64,000 nucleotides of DNA from Candidatus Heimdallarchaeota archaeon (GTDB taxonomy: Archaea > Asgardarchaeota > Heimdallarchaeia > Heimdallarchaeales > Heimdallarchaeaceae), in the NCBI GenBank assembly GCA_030603365.1, contig JAUVXV010000010.1, positions 79,925 through 143,924 of the forward strand. Reading direction: 5' to 3'. Below, in pieces: positions 61,899 to 64,000 of this stretch; position 1 is the stretch's first letter, and every line of letters begins with the position of its first letter. The notes beneath the pieces are model-generated. The model worked only from the letters and a program-made list of their open reading frames with translations. It was not told the DNA's origin and did not search any database. The position numbers and the translations under genes are program-made.

Positions 61899-62405
61899 CT
61901 ATTGAGAATTAGCAAGGAGGATTTTCAATGCTAATTCTATAATATCTTTCATCCCCTCTAAACTTTTCGAAGAGGTAATGTCTTCATTTACCCATTTTTG
62001 CATAACATAAACCAAATACTCTGGTTTCTTGGAATCGTAAATCCATTTCCATTTCTTGAATGGTTTCAATTTTAGTTCTCTAACACTTATTTCCCAAGAA
62101 TTAGCAGAAGTAATATCGTTATTAGTATTATAGATAACATGGAAAAGCATTCTTTCGTTATCTTTCATCGCTTCAAGAGTCCTAACAGAAATTTCTTTCC
62201 ATTGTGTTATAAGATGATTAAGAATATCTCCATATTCCGAGGGATACCACTGTAACTTGTTATCTTTGAGTCTTTTCATATTCCATGATTGCCACTTGCT
62301 TATTATGATGGGTTTTGGAATGGTTGTCATGTACTTCTGAATGTCCTTACTCTTTGATATTGCAAGAGAAGATTTGTATGGAGGAGATGTTGGATGTTTC
62401 GGCAT
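61899..62405 (-). CDS. Hypothetical protein
   Basis: 168 aa ORF. Confidence 0.55.
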   Translation of the reverse strand: MPKHPTSPPYKSSLAISKSKDIQKYMTTIPKPIIISKWQSWNMKRLKDNKLQWYPSEYGDILNHLITQWKEISVRTLEAMKDNERMLFHVIYNTNNDITSANSWEISVRELKLKPFKKWKWIYDSKKPEYLVYVMQKWVNEDITSSKSLEGMKDIIELALKILLANSQ

Positions 62406-62417
62406 TCAAATCACAAG

Positions 62418-62464
62418 TTATTGGTAACAATAACACATATAAATAGTCTTATTGGTAACAATAA
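62418..62464. promoter_or_regulatory. Two identical 16-bp palindromic boxes TTATTGGTAACAATAA
   Basis: 62418-62433 and 62449-62464, flanking a TATA-like CATATAAA in a divergent promoter. Confidence 0.65.
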
Positions 62465-62515
62465 ACGGAATTCACAAAGAAATATAAAGGTAACAACTGC
62501 AGTCTTTTTAATAAA

Positions 62516-63388
62516 ATGGTCAAACTAGAGAAAATTACAGAACATGTTGCGATAGATATTGAGACACAAAGTACAACTAGGTCATGTATCATCGGAGGAG
62601 TGTCATTAGGGAAATATTCTGTTGCTATTGATAGTGGAGGTTCATTAGAAGTAGGAACTGGTTTACGACATGAACTAGAAAAATACTTCAAAATACCAGT
62701 TAGATATCTGTTTCTAACACACACTCATGGTGATCATAGGAATGGAAGAGATGCTTTCAAAGACCTATCACTTGTTACTTGTCAGAAATGCATTGAAACC
62801 ATGCCAAAAAGTGTCAGTTTCGTAAAATGGAAAAAGGATATATTTGATACCAATTTCATTCTTAAAGAAGATAATTTGAGCTTAGAATTCCAACACGTAG
62901 GAGGACATAGTTATGGTTTTAGTATAGCTTATTTTCCTGCTGAAAAAGTTCTTTTCGCTGGAGATCTCTTTCTCACCAATCCCATTAATTTCGGTCTTCC
63001 TTTCATGGGGTTCTACCAAAACAAACCTAAAAGAACAGGAAATCCAGAAGAATATTTAGCAGCTTTTGATAGATTCATGAAGATGAAGATTGATGTTATT
63101 ATTCCTGGTCATGGAAGAGCTATCTGGAATCCTCAAGAATATCTAGATGAGCAAATTGTATTCTATAATTCTCTGAAATCATTCTTTATTTCAGCGATAG
63201 AAGAAGGTAAGAAACTAGATGAAATAGAAATGCCTCGATTGGAACTTATTGAGGAGGCATACAAAGATGTTGAAAGCAGGAAAAAAAGAAGCTATGCTCT
63301 AAAATTTCTAGAGAATTATCTTGATTGGATCAAGAAGAGTTTCTATAACTATTATAGTGGAAAATTTGATGCAGCAGGAGAACAGTGA
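62516..63388 (+). CDS. Metallo-beta-lactamase-fold hydrolase
   Basis: THTHGDH, GGHS, FAGD, IPGHG. Confidence 0.92.
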   Translation: MVKLEKITEHVAIDIETQSTTRSCIIGGVSLGKYSVAIDSGGSLEVGTGLRHELEKYFKIPVRYLFLTHTHGDHRNGRDAFKDLSLVTCQKCIETMPKSVSFVKWKKDIFDTNFILKEDNLSLEFQHVGGHSYGFSIAYFPAEKVLFAGDLFLTNPINFGLPFMGFYQNKPKRTGNPEEYLAAFDRFMKMKIDVIIPGHGRAIWNPQEYLDEQIVFYNSLKSFFISAIEEGKKLDEIEMPRLELIEEAYKDVESRKKRSYALKFLENYLDWIKKSFYNYYSGKFDAAGEQ

Positions 63389-63431
63389 TTTTCTTTATTC
63401 GGATTTATCAACAAGGCTATTTGAACCCAAT

Positions 63432-63872
63432 CTAGATTGGTTTGAATACTCTATTTTGCCAGTAAATGAAACCTGATTCAGGAACACGATACATCAGTTC
63501 ACCATCAAATGGACCACCAAGAATAATTAACTCTGTTTGACTTATAGGTTGTAGTATAAAGTTATTCCAAGAGAAACGCAGAACACTTCCTTCAATCTGT
63601 AATTGAACATAATCAGGGATCTCTTCTCCCGTATGGATAGAATAATGTCTCTGCCATGCTTCATAGTTTCCAAGAAAAGAGGACCAATATGAGAGCAATT
63701 CTTGATCGGGTTGATAAATAGGACAAATGGGATTGTGTACACCTTCGATAGAGAGAATCAGATAATCATCGAAGAATTTCACTTTGATATTACCAGCATT
63801 AACTAGCCAGTGTGTTGCAACAAATGTAGTTTCATTTATAGGATTGAGGCTAATTTTATAACCGTCGTCCAC
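63432..63872 (-). pseudogene. Probably 5'-truncated gene (C-terminal fragment of unknown family)
   Basis: Only a GTG start; upstream DNA is a GC-richer structured segment with an in-frame stop near 63970. Confidence 0.4.
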
Positions 63873-64000
63873 TGAGAGCAGGAAAGTTGACTGATCTTGC
63901 CATACGCTCTCTACCCGAGTAAGAAGAATAGCAGGAGCGAGTAAACCTGAACGATTTTTCTACGGGTTTATATATGAAAGTACACATAGCAAGTTAGACA

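Noticed and set aside
62418-62464. Mini-CRISPR
   Set aside because: Only two 16-bp repeats with a 15-bp gap and no cas genes; fits tandem operators
63874-63911. Group II intron domain V
   Set aside because: Only superficial similarity; no GNRA-capped DV geometry and no RT gene

Overview
AT-rich (roughly one-third GC) archaeal chromosome segment, most likely from an Asgard archaeon (Heimdallarchaeia-like). Support: Rab-like GTPase, RING protein, FDxxxGP longin/uDENN-like domain, EMC6-like protein, type 2 IPP isomerase, NFACT, AMMECR1 and NosD surface glycoproteins. It is mostly housekeeping and heterotrophic-metabolism genes (fhs, fni, gdhA, an opp ABC transporter, GH2/GH3 glycosidases, a KstD-like flavoprotein). 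No rRNA, tRNA, CRISPR array or intact transposase was seen. Main signals the ORF track does not explain: (1) a dense CpG island written into synonymous codon positions of oppC (about 31177-31598), next to a divergent TFB/cyclin-like gene that splits the opp operon; (2) an array of surface-protein genes each ending at a duplicated fhs 3' end (6.2-12.4 kb), with a similar orphan uvrA 3' end at 45.9 kb; (3) an unannotated double-guide box C/D sRNA (15003-15076) predicted to target 23S helix 69 at the eukaryote-type site A1913; (4) unusual protein architectures (longin-V4R fusion, membrane-anchored OppF, a coiled-coil/winged-helix pair, a TM-RING protein). All protein calls come from motif recognition by eye, not database searches.
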